Source: an uncultured Acidobacteriota bacterium
GTDB lineage: Bacteria > Acidobacteriota > UBA6911
Length of the DNA stretch: 64,000 bases
Direction of reading: 5' to 3'
Assembly: GCA_963827655.1 (NCBI GenBank)
Contig: CAWHCF010000036.1
Span: forward strand, 160,001 to 224,000
Under the pieces are notes generated by a model. That model was given only the letters and a program-made list of their open reading frames with translations. It was not told the DNA's origin and did not search any database. The position numbers and the translations under genes are program-made. Below, piece by piece: positions 1 to 7,971 of this stretch (positions are counted from its first letter, which is position 1; every line of letters begins with the position of its first letter).

Positions 1-204
1 CGCTACTGCGATAATCTGGGCGTCGGCGTGACGCATCAACTCGCGGGCGTTCGTTCTTCCCTGACCGCCGGCGCCCACGATCGCGATGTTTACCTTGTCA
101 CTGGGCGCTACGACCCCACGGCCCCCCAGCACGTGGCGGGGCAAGATGGTAAAGGCGGCCGCGGGCGCGGCGGTGCTGAGGAACCGGCGTCGGCTGGTAA
201 TCAT
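1..204 (-). CDS. Gfo/Idh/MocA family oxidoreductase with Tat signal, 5' part (runs off window)
   Basis: Manual translation from ATG 204: MITSRRRFLSTAAPAAAFTILPRHVLGG...SDKVNIAIVGAGGQG (twin-Arg motif, Rossmann glycine motif); GGGAG RBS upstream; not in the ORF track. Confidence 0.85.
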   Translation of the reverse strand, partial: MITSRRRFLSTAAPAAAFTILPRHVLGGRGVVAPSDKVNIAIVGAGGQGRTNARELMRHADAQIIAVA

Positions 205-235
205 AAAGAATCTCCCGCTGCTTGATCCAAACAGG

Positions 236-306
236 CTCTTGGTGTCTTCGGGGTTAGAGCTGCCTTACAAATACCACTATGACTCAAAGACACGAAGAAA
301 CACAAC
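236..306. repeat. CACGAAGA/CTTCGTG hairpin element (family D), copy 1
   Basis: CTTGGTGTCTTCGGGGTTAG...ACCACTATGACTCAAAGACACGAAGAAACAC inverted arms; similar to copies at 20936, 45688 and 60183. Confidence 0.7.
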
Positions 307-398
307 AGCACTTGGGTTGTGAGATATCTCTTGGCTCGGTACAAAGCCCCGCAGTAGACTCAGGGCGGCGCGGAGCGCTCTTACCAGGAGGGTAACTA

Positions 399-978
399 AT
401 GGCTGCTACATCATCCACAATGCTCGAGCTGGGAACTCCAGTGCCCAATTTCGAGCTTCCGGACCTGGACGGGAAATCGACATCCGCTGAAACCTTTGCC
501 GCATCCAAAGGACTCCTGGTCGCCTTCATCTGTCCTCATTGTCCATACGTCAAACATATCCGGAGCGAATTCGCCCGGTTCGCCCGCGAGTACCACGGAT
601 CGCGGCCTCGCCGTGATCGCGATCAATTCCAACGATCCGGTCGCGTTCCCCGATGACGGCGTCGCGGGCATGAAACAGGAAACCCGCGAAGTGGGTTACT
701 CCTTCCCTTACCTGGTCGACAGCTCTCAGGCCGTTGCAAAGGCGTTCAATGCGGCGTGCACGCCGGACCTTTTCCTGTTCGATCGCGCTCGCCGTCTCGC
801 GTACCGCGGCCAGTTCGACGCCAGCCGGCCAGGCAATCAGGTCCCGGTCAGTGGCGCCGATCTCCGCGCCGCCGCAGACGCCGTCCTGGCGGGCACCCCT
901 GTTCCCGGCGACCAGAAGGCCAGCATCGGCTGCAACATCAAATGGAAGCCGGGCAACGAACCCGAGTATTTCAAGTAG
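399..978 (+). CDS. Thioredoxin-like/AhpC-TSA family protein (frameshift near 595)
   Basis: CPHCPYV in ORF 399..656 continues as GLAVIAINSND...ACTPD...SIGCNIKWK in ORF 496..978; GGAGG RBS. Confidence 0.9.
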
Positions 979-1110
979 CGTCCAGGACTCGAAGTCGTCA
1001 CGGCTTTTCCAAAGCGACTGTTAGGCGGGTGGCCGCTACGTGAAGGGGCTCGACTTTGGTCTGGCGGCTTGCAACGCCGGCCCCGCGTCCGCGTCCGTGC
1101 GGGACGCGTA

Positions 1111-1119
1111 TGCTATGAT
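1111..1119 (+). promoter_or_regulatory. Extended -10 promoter, probably leaderless
   Basis: TGCTATGAT followed after 6 nt by in-frame GTG at 1126; no RBS. Confidence 0.55.
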
Positions 1120-1125
1120 GCGGTC

Positions 1126-1350
1126 GTGAGAGACAACGGGGCAAGTGGTCAACCAATCTCCGAGGAGTGGCTTCGTGAATTCGACGCGGCCGCCCGCAGG
1201 CCGCTTCCCGTGCGCATGAGATATGCGTTCATCCGCACGTACAAGCCCGTCCTCGACGACGCCGCGTACCGTGCGTTCGACACGATGGAGGAGTACCGCA
1301 GGTGGTGCGAGACCTGTCTTCCCGATTGGCTCGGTTATGGCCGTATTTGA
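1126..1350 (+). CDS. Small hypothetical protein (about 74 aa), putative partner of the downstream nucleotidyltransferase
   Basis: RYAFIRTYKPVLDD...EEYRRWCE...PDWLGYG; its 3' end overlaps the ATG (1337) of the next gene. Confidence 0.7.
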   Translation: MRDNGASGQPISEEWLREFDAAARRPLPVRMRYAFIRTYKPVLDDAAYRAFDTMEEYRRWCETCLPDWLGYGRI

Positions 1351-1808
1351 CTATCGCCAGGCCGAGGAGCTCCGCACCGTCCTTGGACACTACCAGGTCC
1401 GCTATCTCTTCATAGGAAAATCCGCCGCCATCATCCTCGGCTTTCCCGACACGACTCAGGACGCAGACTTATTTGTCGAGCGTTCCCCGGAGAATCGGCC
1501 GGCGGCTCGTGGCTGCGCTCCGAGATCTCGGCTTTAATCTGACAGAGCAGCAGTCCGGCGAGATCGAGCGCGGAAAGGCTTTAGTTCAACTCAAAGACGG
1601 CCCGTTTGATCTGGACCTCGTGTTCGCACCTGACGGGATCGAAAGTTTTCGCAAGGCGTGGGACCGGAGAGTCGAGGTCGAAGGATACCCTGTCTGCCAC
1701 CTGGATGACGTGATTGCCAGCAAGGAGGCCGCCAATCAGGTCAAAGATCGCGAGGTCTTGCCGAGACTGCGTTCATTTCGCGAGTACTGGTTGAAGAAAA
1801 AGCGCTGA
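1337..1808 (+). CDS. Pol-beta superfamily nucleotidyltransferase (DUF6036/AbiEii-like), frameshift near 1498
   Basis: YLFIGKSAAIILG...TQDADL motif, then DLVFAPDG and IASKEAA..KD motifs across ORFs 1223..1537 and 1473..1808. Confidence 0.75.
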
Positions 1809-1835
1809 GCATTGACCCTTCTCTGCTTTCGCTGC

Positions 1836-1919
1836 CTGATCACCTGGCCGAGCGGATCGGTTCAACGCCTCGAGAATGTCGAAGCGGACCAGGTGCTCAT
1901 GGTCAAGGAGCCGCTGTAG
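1836..1919 (+). pseudogene. 3'-end remnant of an ASPIC/UnbV (CRTAC1-like) gene
   Basis: Translates LITWPSGSVQRLENVEADQVLMVKEPL*, the characteristic ASPIC/UnbV C-terminus; no start codon. Confidence 0.6.
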
Positions 1920-1940
1920 CGACTGCGCCGAGAAGCTAGG

Positions 1941-3116
1941 ATGATTACATCGGAGCAACTACTCAACATCGCGTCCCACCGCACCGGTCTGAATGATTTT
2001 GGCGCTCCCGACTTCCGAGAACCCTTGGATATTCTTCTTTATTCGCTGAAGGAAGAAGCCAACCTCTCAACGGTCGGATGGTCAAAGCTGGTAGGAATCA
2101 TGCTTCACAAGCTATCCACTCGACTCCTGATACAGGAGGCGCTTCGAAAGACCCCGGAAATCGCAAAGCAGTCGATTTCCGCACCGCTGTTCATCGTAAG
2201 TTTGCCACGGACCGGTAGTACGCTCCTTTTCAACCTCCTCGCCAAGAATCCACAGAACCGCGCGCCAGAGTTGTGGGAGCTAGAATTTCCCACTTATTCA
2301 CTGGGCGAAAATGACGATAAGGTCAAGTCAAAGATCGAAGCTGTAGAGAAGTTCCTCGAAGGCGCCCATGTCGCGGTACCCGCTTTAAAGGGCATTCACT
2401 TAGCTCGTGCTGAGGATCCAGAAGAATGCACGTTCTTGTTTCAGACATGTTTTCGATCCCCCTCTTATACGATTTACGCCAATACCCCCACTTACACCGC
2501 CTGGCATTTCTCTCACGATATGACGGTTGCGTATTCCTATTACCGCACTCAACTGCAAATTCTTCAATGGCATCAGCGTCATCGTGGCAAACAGTGGATC
2601 CGCAAGTCTCCAGACCATCTTAGATGGCTTGAGTCCTTGCTAAAAGCCTTTCCCGATGCTCGGATCGTGATGTTGCATCGGGAGCCGCGAGAAGTCGTTG
2701 CTTCGTTTTGTAGTTTGGTACTTAACTTCCGAAGTGGATACAGTGAATCGGTCAATGCTAAGTCGATTGGAAGGGACGCCTTGAGCCGGTTAAGCGACAA
2801 CATCGAGAGAATGATGATCGCTCGTGCGGCGGATCCCTGTCCAAGCAGGTACTACGACCTACAATATAGCGACCTTCTCGAGAATCCTGTGGATGCTGTC
2901 CATCGATTATGCGATTACTTTGGCTTATCGGTGAGCGGTGCTTTCGAGACGGAGTTGCGCGCCTATGCAACAGAGAAACCACACCAAAAGGATAAGTTCG
3001 GCGGTCATCAGTATTCTGCGGAGAGCTTTCGACTCGATTCTTCACACGTTGATTCACTATTTCAATTCTATCGGGAACGTTACATCAGCACCGGGTGCAG
3101 AAATGAACAGCTTTAG
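1941..3116 (+). CDS. Sulfotransferase (Sulfotransfer_3, mycobacterial Stf-like)
   Basis: PLFIVSLPRTGSTLL 5'-PAPS loop, KSPDH, HREPREVVAS 3'-PB motif; visibly more AT-rich than its flanks. Confidence 0.9.
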   Translation: MITSEQLLNIASHRTGLNDFGAPDFREPLDILLYSLKEEANLSTVGWSKLVGIMLHKLSTRLLIQEALRKTPEIAKQSISAPLFIVSLPRTGSTLLFNLLAKNPQNRAPELWELEFPTYSLGENDDKVKSKIEAVEKFLEGAHVAVPALKGIHLARAEDPEECTFLFQTCFRSPSYTIYANTPTYTAWHFSHDMTVAYSYYRTQLQILQWHQRHRGKQWIRKSPDHLRWLESLLKAFPDARIVMLHREPREVVASFCSLVLNFRSGYSESVNAKSIGRDALSRLSDNIERMMIARAADPCPSRYYDLQYSDLLENPVDAVHRLCDYFGLSVSGAFETELRAYATEKPHQKDKFGGHQYSAESFRLDSSHVDSLFQFYRERYISTGCRNEQL

Positions 3117-3119
3117 TCC

Positions 3120-3245
3120 AACTGTTCGACCATTCCTCGGATTGTTCCGGAGCCAATGGAATCTCGACCTTTCGCACCACCGTCACGTAAAACTCCTGGA
3201 GCACTTGCACCGAAAGGCCGAAATCCTCCTTCTCGAAAGGATCCA
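3120..3245 (-). pseudogene. Internal remnant of a PIN/VapC toxin gene
   Basis: Translates FEKEDFGLSVQVLQEFYVTVVRKVEIPLAPEQ, matching the SxQVLxEF PIN helix motif; both ends are missing. Confidence 0.65.
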
Positions 3246-3259
3246 ATGACTACGGAGGC

Positions 3260-4651
3260 TTACGCTGTCTCTCCGATGGCTTGCTTCACGGCCAGCTCTT
3301 TTTTCCTGCGCATCGGCTGCCTCTTCCAGTAAGTCAGCGAACGCCAGCACCACTCGAGCGGCCCGAAGTGGAAATGCCTTAGCCAGATGGGACTCCACAG
3401 CAGGTTTAACAACCAGATCAGCGCCACGACGAAGTACAACTGGTACCTCTGGAGCCGCCCAAACATCCCGAGCCCGTAGCCGTAAAAGACCAGACTGCAG
3501 ATCAAGGAATGCGAAATGTAGTTGCTGAACGCCATCTGACCGATAGCTGCCAGCCGCCGGGTCAACCAGCCCAGCGCGCCTGCCTTGACCACCATCATGA
3601 TCACTGCCAGGTGCGCCAGCGCCACGGCCACGCGGCCGAAATGGTACGTGGCAAAGATGAACGGAAGTCGTACCGGCTCGAAGTTCACCTGGATCGACTG
3701 CCAGGCCGCCAGGGCGTTCACCGGCAGGCCCAGGAGATACCCCAGCAGGGCCATGGCAAAGTAAAAGCGCCAGGACCGCCCGGCCGTCAGCACGTCTTTC
3801 TTCATGAATGCCATGCCGATCAGCATCAGGGCATACATGTCGGCCATGCCCGGGAAGTAGAATGGCTTCGAGTGCCAGCGCATGGTCATTTGCGCGCGCC
3901 GCTTGAGAGCCGAGAGATAGCTGCCGCGGTAATCGTCGATTTCTTTCTTCACCTCGTCCGGGGGCGGCTGTATGTCTTTGAGCGCGTCTTCCCACTCTTT
4001 CTTCGCTTCTTCGTGCTCCCTGGTAAGCTTCCTTCCGGCCTTCGCCTCGCGCTCTGCCTCCAATGCTTCGGCGCGCATTTCGCGGAACTGATAGCCCTGC
4101 CAGATGCTCATTCCCGTAAGGACGGCAACCAGCAGCGCGGCCGTGATCAACAGAAATCGAGGCGAAAGCTTCCTGAAGGGAAACAGGACGAGGCCGCACA
4201 GGGCGTACGGGTACAGGATGTCGCCAAACCAGATGAGGTACGCGTGGAGGATGCCGAACAGCAGCAGCCATAGAGTGCGCCTGTAATACACATCGGCGAT
4301 TCCTATCCCAGCCCCTCGTTTTTCTCCGCGCGACGTGAGCAGGATCACTCCCGCGCCGAAGCAAAGCGAGAACAATGCCCGCATCTTGCCGTCAAGAAAG
4401 ACATACTGGATCAGCCACGCCGCCAGGTTCGGCCCCGACGATCCTCCGGCAACGGTCGGGTTCAGATAGGCCGCAACCGGCAGACCGAAGGCGAGGATAT
4501 TCATGAGCAGAATGCCGAGCAGCGCGCAGCCGCGCAAGACATCGAGCGCAGAGATGCGCTCAGCCGCTGGCACCGGCTCCATGATCGGTGTCGGCGCCGC
4601 GTTCGCGGCGTGAGGCGCGGTCTCCGGCCCCTGATTGCTTTCTGGTTCCAT
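3260..4651 (-). CDS. DUF418 (YeiB-like) membrane protein
   Basis: ERISALDVLRG.ALLGILLMNI, GDILYPYA, GQMAFSNYISHS, GPLEWCWRSLTY motifs. Confidence 0.92.
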   Translation of the reverse strand: MEPESNQGPETAPHAANAAPTPIMEPVPAAERISALDVLRGCALLGILLMNILAFGLPVAAYLNPTVAGGSSGPNLAAWLIQYVFLDGKMRALFSLCFGAGVILLTSRGEKRGAGIGIADVYYRRTLWLLLFGILHAYLIWFGDILYPYALCGLVLFPFRKLSPRFLLITAALLVAVLTGMSIWQGYQFREMRAEALEAEREAKAGRKLTREHEEAKKEWEDALKDIQPPPDEVKKEIDDYRGSYLSALKRRAQMTMRWHSKPFYFPGMADMYALMLIGMAFMKKDVLTAGRSWRFYFAMALLGYLLGLPVNALAAWQSIQVNFEPVRLPFIFATYHFGRVAVALAHLAVIMMVVKAGALGWLTRRLAAIGQMAFSNYISHSLICSLVFYGYGLGMFGRLQRYQLYFVVALIWLLNLLWSPIWLRHFHFGPLEWCWRSLTYWKRQPMRRKKELAVKQAIGETA

Positions 4652-4673
4652 CTTTCTGTTTGTCGGCGTTCCG

Positions 4674-4818
4674 GGGTTCGCGCAGAAATAAGTTCACGCT
4701 CTGGCGCGAGAGTCGGGGGACAGGTTTGAACCGCTCCTCGCTGCTGCGAACTCCGGCACCCTCAGATGCGCTCTCGGGCTGTGCCACCTGCGCCAGAATT
4801 CTAATCTCTGCGCGAACC
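4674..4818. mobile_element. MITE copy A (degenerate)
   Basis: TIR GGGTTCGCGCAGAAATAAGTTC ... AATCTCTGCGCGAACC; colinear with the copy at 31350..31486. Confidence 0.8.
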
Positions 4819-4846
4819 ACTGGGCGCCAGGTGGCGTGTCCAGCGA

Positions 4847-6454
4847 TTACTCCGCCAGGCGCCGAACCTCCTCGACACAATCGTCGACCTTTACGCGCCA
4901 CTGACGGAGAGAATCCCGGTCGCGAATCGTGACGGTGTTGTCCTCGAGCGTCTGGCCGTCGACCGTGATGCAGTAGGGTGTGCCGACCTCGTCTTGTCGA
5001 CGGTAACGGCGCCCGATCGAGTCCTTCTCATCATAGGAGACGCTGAAGTGCTTTTTCAGAACGGCGTAGATCTCTCTGGCGACGCCGGACATGCCGCCGT
5101 GCTTGACCAGGGGGAAGATGGCTGCTTTGAGGGGTGCGATGCGAGGGTGCAGCTTCAAGACCACACGGGGTTCCAACTTTCCGCCTTCGTCCGGCGCCTG
5201 GTCTTCCGTGTAAGCCTCGCACAGAAAGGCGAGCAGCGCCCGATCCACGCCGGCGGAGGGTTCGATTACGTGCGGCGTGTAACGTTCGCCGGAGATTTCA
5301 TCGCGATAGGTAAGATCCTTTCCGCTGCCGCGCCACTTGGGTTTGCCATCGGGTCCCAGTTCGACCTGGAGCGGGCGCGAGCGCGGGTCGAGTTTCCCCT
5401 CCATGTGACTTCGCAGATCGAAGTCGCCCCTATGCGCAATTCCTTCCAGCTCTCCGAACTCCCCGGCCGCAAGGAAGGGGAATGCATATTCGATGTCCGC
5501 TGTCCCGACCGAGTAGTGGCTCAACTCTTCGGGAGTGTGCTCGCGCAAGCGCAAGCGCTCACTCGCCAGCCCCAGATCGGTGTACCACTTCATCCTGCGG
5601 TCACGCCAGTACTGATACCAGCTGTGCGAAGACTCGGGGTGGCAAAAGAACTCGATCTCCATCTGCTCGAATTCGCGCGAGCGAAAAGTGAAATTGCGAG
5701 GGGTGATCTCGTTCCTGAAGCTCTTTCCAATCTGCGCTATCCCCAGAGGGACTCGGACGCGCGAGCTGCTGAGGACATTCTTGAAGTTCACGAAAATGCC
5801 CTGGGCGGTTTCGGGCCGCAGGAAGGCCGCACTCTGTTCGTCGGCCAGCGCGCCGATGTGGGTCTGGAAGATCAGATTGAAAGCGCGCGGCTCGGTCAGC
5901 GTTCCGAGCGTTTTGGCGTCGGGACCCAGGACAAGCGAGCCGTCCTGCACCTCGACCAGGGAAAGAGACTGGCCGTCCCACTTGAGCTGATCCGCGTGCT
6001 TTTCGCGAAGGTTGAAAAACTTCAGAGCGCGCCTTCGAGTATCTTCCTCCTGCTCGTCAGGCTCGGCGGCCGTTGCCACGAAGATTCGCTGGCTCTTGGC
6101 TTCCACCCAGCGGCCGCGCACCTGGTCGTACCGGTAGCGGCGTTTGGATTCCCGACAGTCAATCATGAGGTCGGAAAACAGGTCATAGTGCCCCGAACAC
6201 TTCCAGACCTGCGGATGCATGATGATCGAGGAGTCGATCCCGGTCATGGCATAGGCCTCGGGAGCCCCCTCGGGCGGATTCAACTCGTTATGGCGGGTGA
6301 CCATATCGAGCCACCAGGCCTCTTTGATGTTTCGCTTGAGTTCGACTCCCATGGGACCGTAGTCCCAGAAGCCGTTCAGACCGCCGTAGATCTCGCTTGA
6401 TTGAAAAATAATGCCTCGCCGCTTGCAGAGCGAGACCAGCTTATCCATCTTCAT
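4847..6454 (-). CDS. glyQS: Glycine--tRNA ligase, homodimeric (alpha2) type
   Basis: LCKRRG...YGG...DYGP, LRPETAQG, FRNEITPRNFTFRSREFEQME, VIEPSAG, IGRRYRRQDEVGTPYC. Confidence 0.97.
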   Translation of the reverse strand: MKMDKLVSLCKRRGIIFQSSEIYGGLNGFWDYGPMGVELKRNIKEAWWLDMVTRHNELNPPEGAPEAYAMTGIDSSIIMHPQVWKCSGHYDLFSDLMIDCRESKRRYRYDQVRGRWVEAKSQRIFVATAAEPDEQEEDTRRRALKFFNLREKHADQLKWDGQSLSLVEVQDGSLVLGPDAKTLGTLTEPRAFNLIFQTHIGALADEQSAAFLRPETAQGIFVNFKNVLSSSRVRVPLGIAQIGKSFRNEITPRNFTFRSREFEQMEIEFFCHPESSHSWYQYWRDRRMKWYTDLGLASERLRLREHTPEELSHYSVGTADIEYAFPFLAAGEFGELEGIAHRGDFDLRSHMEGKLDPRSRPLQVELGPDGKPKWRGSGKDLTYRDEISGERYTPHVIEPSAGVDRALLAFLCEAYTEDQAPDEGGKLEPRVVLKLHPRIAPLKAAIFPLVKHGGMSGVAREIYAVLKKHFSVSYDEKDSIGRRYRRQDEVGTPYCITVDGQTLEDNTVTIRDRDSLRQWRVKVDDCVEEVRRLAE

Positions 6455-6500
6455 GATTGATCCGGATTAAAGATAAAGTTAGTGCGGCGGAACAAAAATC

Positions 6501-6540
6501 AACCTCTAAGACACGAAGACTCGAAGAAACGCGAAGAAAC
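6501..6540. repeat. Family D element, half copy
   Basis: ACCTCTAAGACACGAAGACTCGAAGAAACGCGAAGAAAC. Confidence 0.6.
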
Positions 6541-6546
6541 CGTTGT

Positions 6547-7971
6547 TCAGGCGAGCAGACCCTTCACGACCTTGCCGTGCACGTCGGTGAGACGAAAACG
6601 GCGTCCCTGGTAGCGATAAGTAAGCCGCTCATGATCGATGCCCAGCAGGTGCAGCAGCGTAGCTTGAAAATCGTGGACGTGCACGCCGTCTTTCACCACG
6701 TTGTAGCCGAATTCGCAGGTTTCGCCGTAGATGGTGCCAGGTTTTACGCCTCCGCCCGCCATCCACATGGTGAAGCAGCGCGGGTGATGATCGCGGCCGT
6801 AATCGTCGGCCGTAAGCTTCCCTTGCGAATAGTTCGTCCGTCCAAATTCACCACCCCAGATCACCAGCGTGTCCGCGAGCAGACCGCGCGACTTGAGGTC
6901 TCGAATGAGAGCGGCCGCGGGCTGGTCGGTTTCTTTGCATTGCGTGCGGATTCCTGATGGCAGATGAAGATGCTGGTCCCACCCCTGGTGATAGAGCTGG
7001 ATAAACTTCACGTTCCGTTCGGCCAGGCGCCGCGCAAGCAGGCAGTTGGCCGCGAAGGTACCCGGCGTGCGGGAATCCGGACCGTAGAGTTCGAAGACCT
7101 GGTCGGGTTCCTTCGACGTATCCATGGCTTCGGGCACCGAAGTCTGCATCCGGTAAGCCATCTCGAATTGGGCGATGCGGGTATTGATCTCTTCATCGGC
7201 GACGTTTTCGTACTGGATCTCTTCCAGCTCGCGCAGACGGTTTAGCGCGAGGCGCCGACTCTCGCTGGAAATTCCCTCGGGGTTGTTGAGGTAGAGCACG
7301 GGATCCTTGCCGGAGCGGAACTGGACGCCCTGATGGCGCGATGGGAGAAAGCCGCCGCTCCACAAGCGCGCATACAGGGGCTGGTCGGATCTACCTTTTT
7401 TTGTGATCAGGACCACAAAGGCGGGAAGATTCTCGTTATCGCTCCCCAGGCCGTAATTGACCCACGCGCCGATACTGGGGCGGCCCGAAAGCTGAGACCC
7501 GGTCTGGAAAAAAGTGATGGCCGGGTCGTGATTGATGGCCTCGGTTTGCATCGACCGGATGATGCAGAGGTCGTCCACGATTTTCGCGGTGTGAGGGAGG
7601 AGCTCGCTCACCCAGGCGCCGGCCTGGCCGTGCTGCTGGAACTTGAAGAGAGAACCCGCCAGCGGCAGGGTGGCCTGATTCCCGGACATGCCCGTGAGAC
7701 GCTGGCCCATCCGCACCGATTCAGGCAGCTCCTCGCCGTTGCGCTGGTTGAGCAGCGGCTTGTAATCAAAAGTTTCAAGCTGCGACGGCCCGCCGCTCAT
7801 AAAAAGGTAAATGACCCGTTTGGCCCTGGGCGGGAAATGGGTCGCTCCAAGCGCGCCGCGTCCTCCGAGCAGGTGCGCGACGGCGATCCCGCCGAGCCCG
7901 AAGCCGATGCGGTTGAGAACCTCCCGTCGGCTGAATTGGTGACAGGCTACTCTTTTCCCAGTTTCCATCAT
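6547..7971 (-). CDS. DUF1501 domain protein (Tat-exported, sulfatase-like fold)
   Basis: SRREVL Tat motif, KRVIYLFMSGGPSQLETFD, GWDQH, WGGEFGRT, GRDHH. Confidence 0.93.
   Translation of the reverse strand: MMETGKRVACHQFSRREVLNRIGFGLGGIAVAHLLGGRGALGATHFPPRAKRVIYLFMSGGPSQLETFDYKPLLNQRNGEELPESVRMGQRLTGMSGNQATLPLAGSLFKFQQHGQAGAWVSELLPHTAKIVDDLCIIRSMQTEAINHDPAITFFQTGSQLSGRPSIGAWVNYGLGSDNENLPAFVVLITKKGRSDQPLYARLWSGGFLPSRHQGVQFRSGKDPVLYLNNPEGISSESRRLALNRLRELEEIQYENVADEEINTRIAQFEMAYRMQTSVPEAMDTSKEPDQVFELYGPDSRTPGTFAANCLLARRLAERNVKFIQLYHQGWDQHLHLPSGIRTQCKETDQPAAALIRDLKSRGLLADTLVIWGGEFGRTNYSQGKLTADDYGRDHHPRCFTMWMAGGGVKPGTIYGETCEFGYNVVKDGVHVHDFQATLLHLLGIDHERLTYRYQGRRFRLTDVHGKVVKGLLA

Noticed and set aside
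4994-6400. Long antisense ORFs (also 9348..10532, 25355..27259, 58719..60269)
   Set aside because: Shadow frames of high-GC genes with no recognisable motifs
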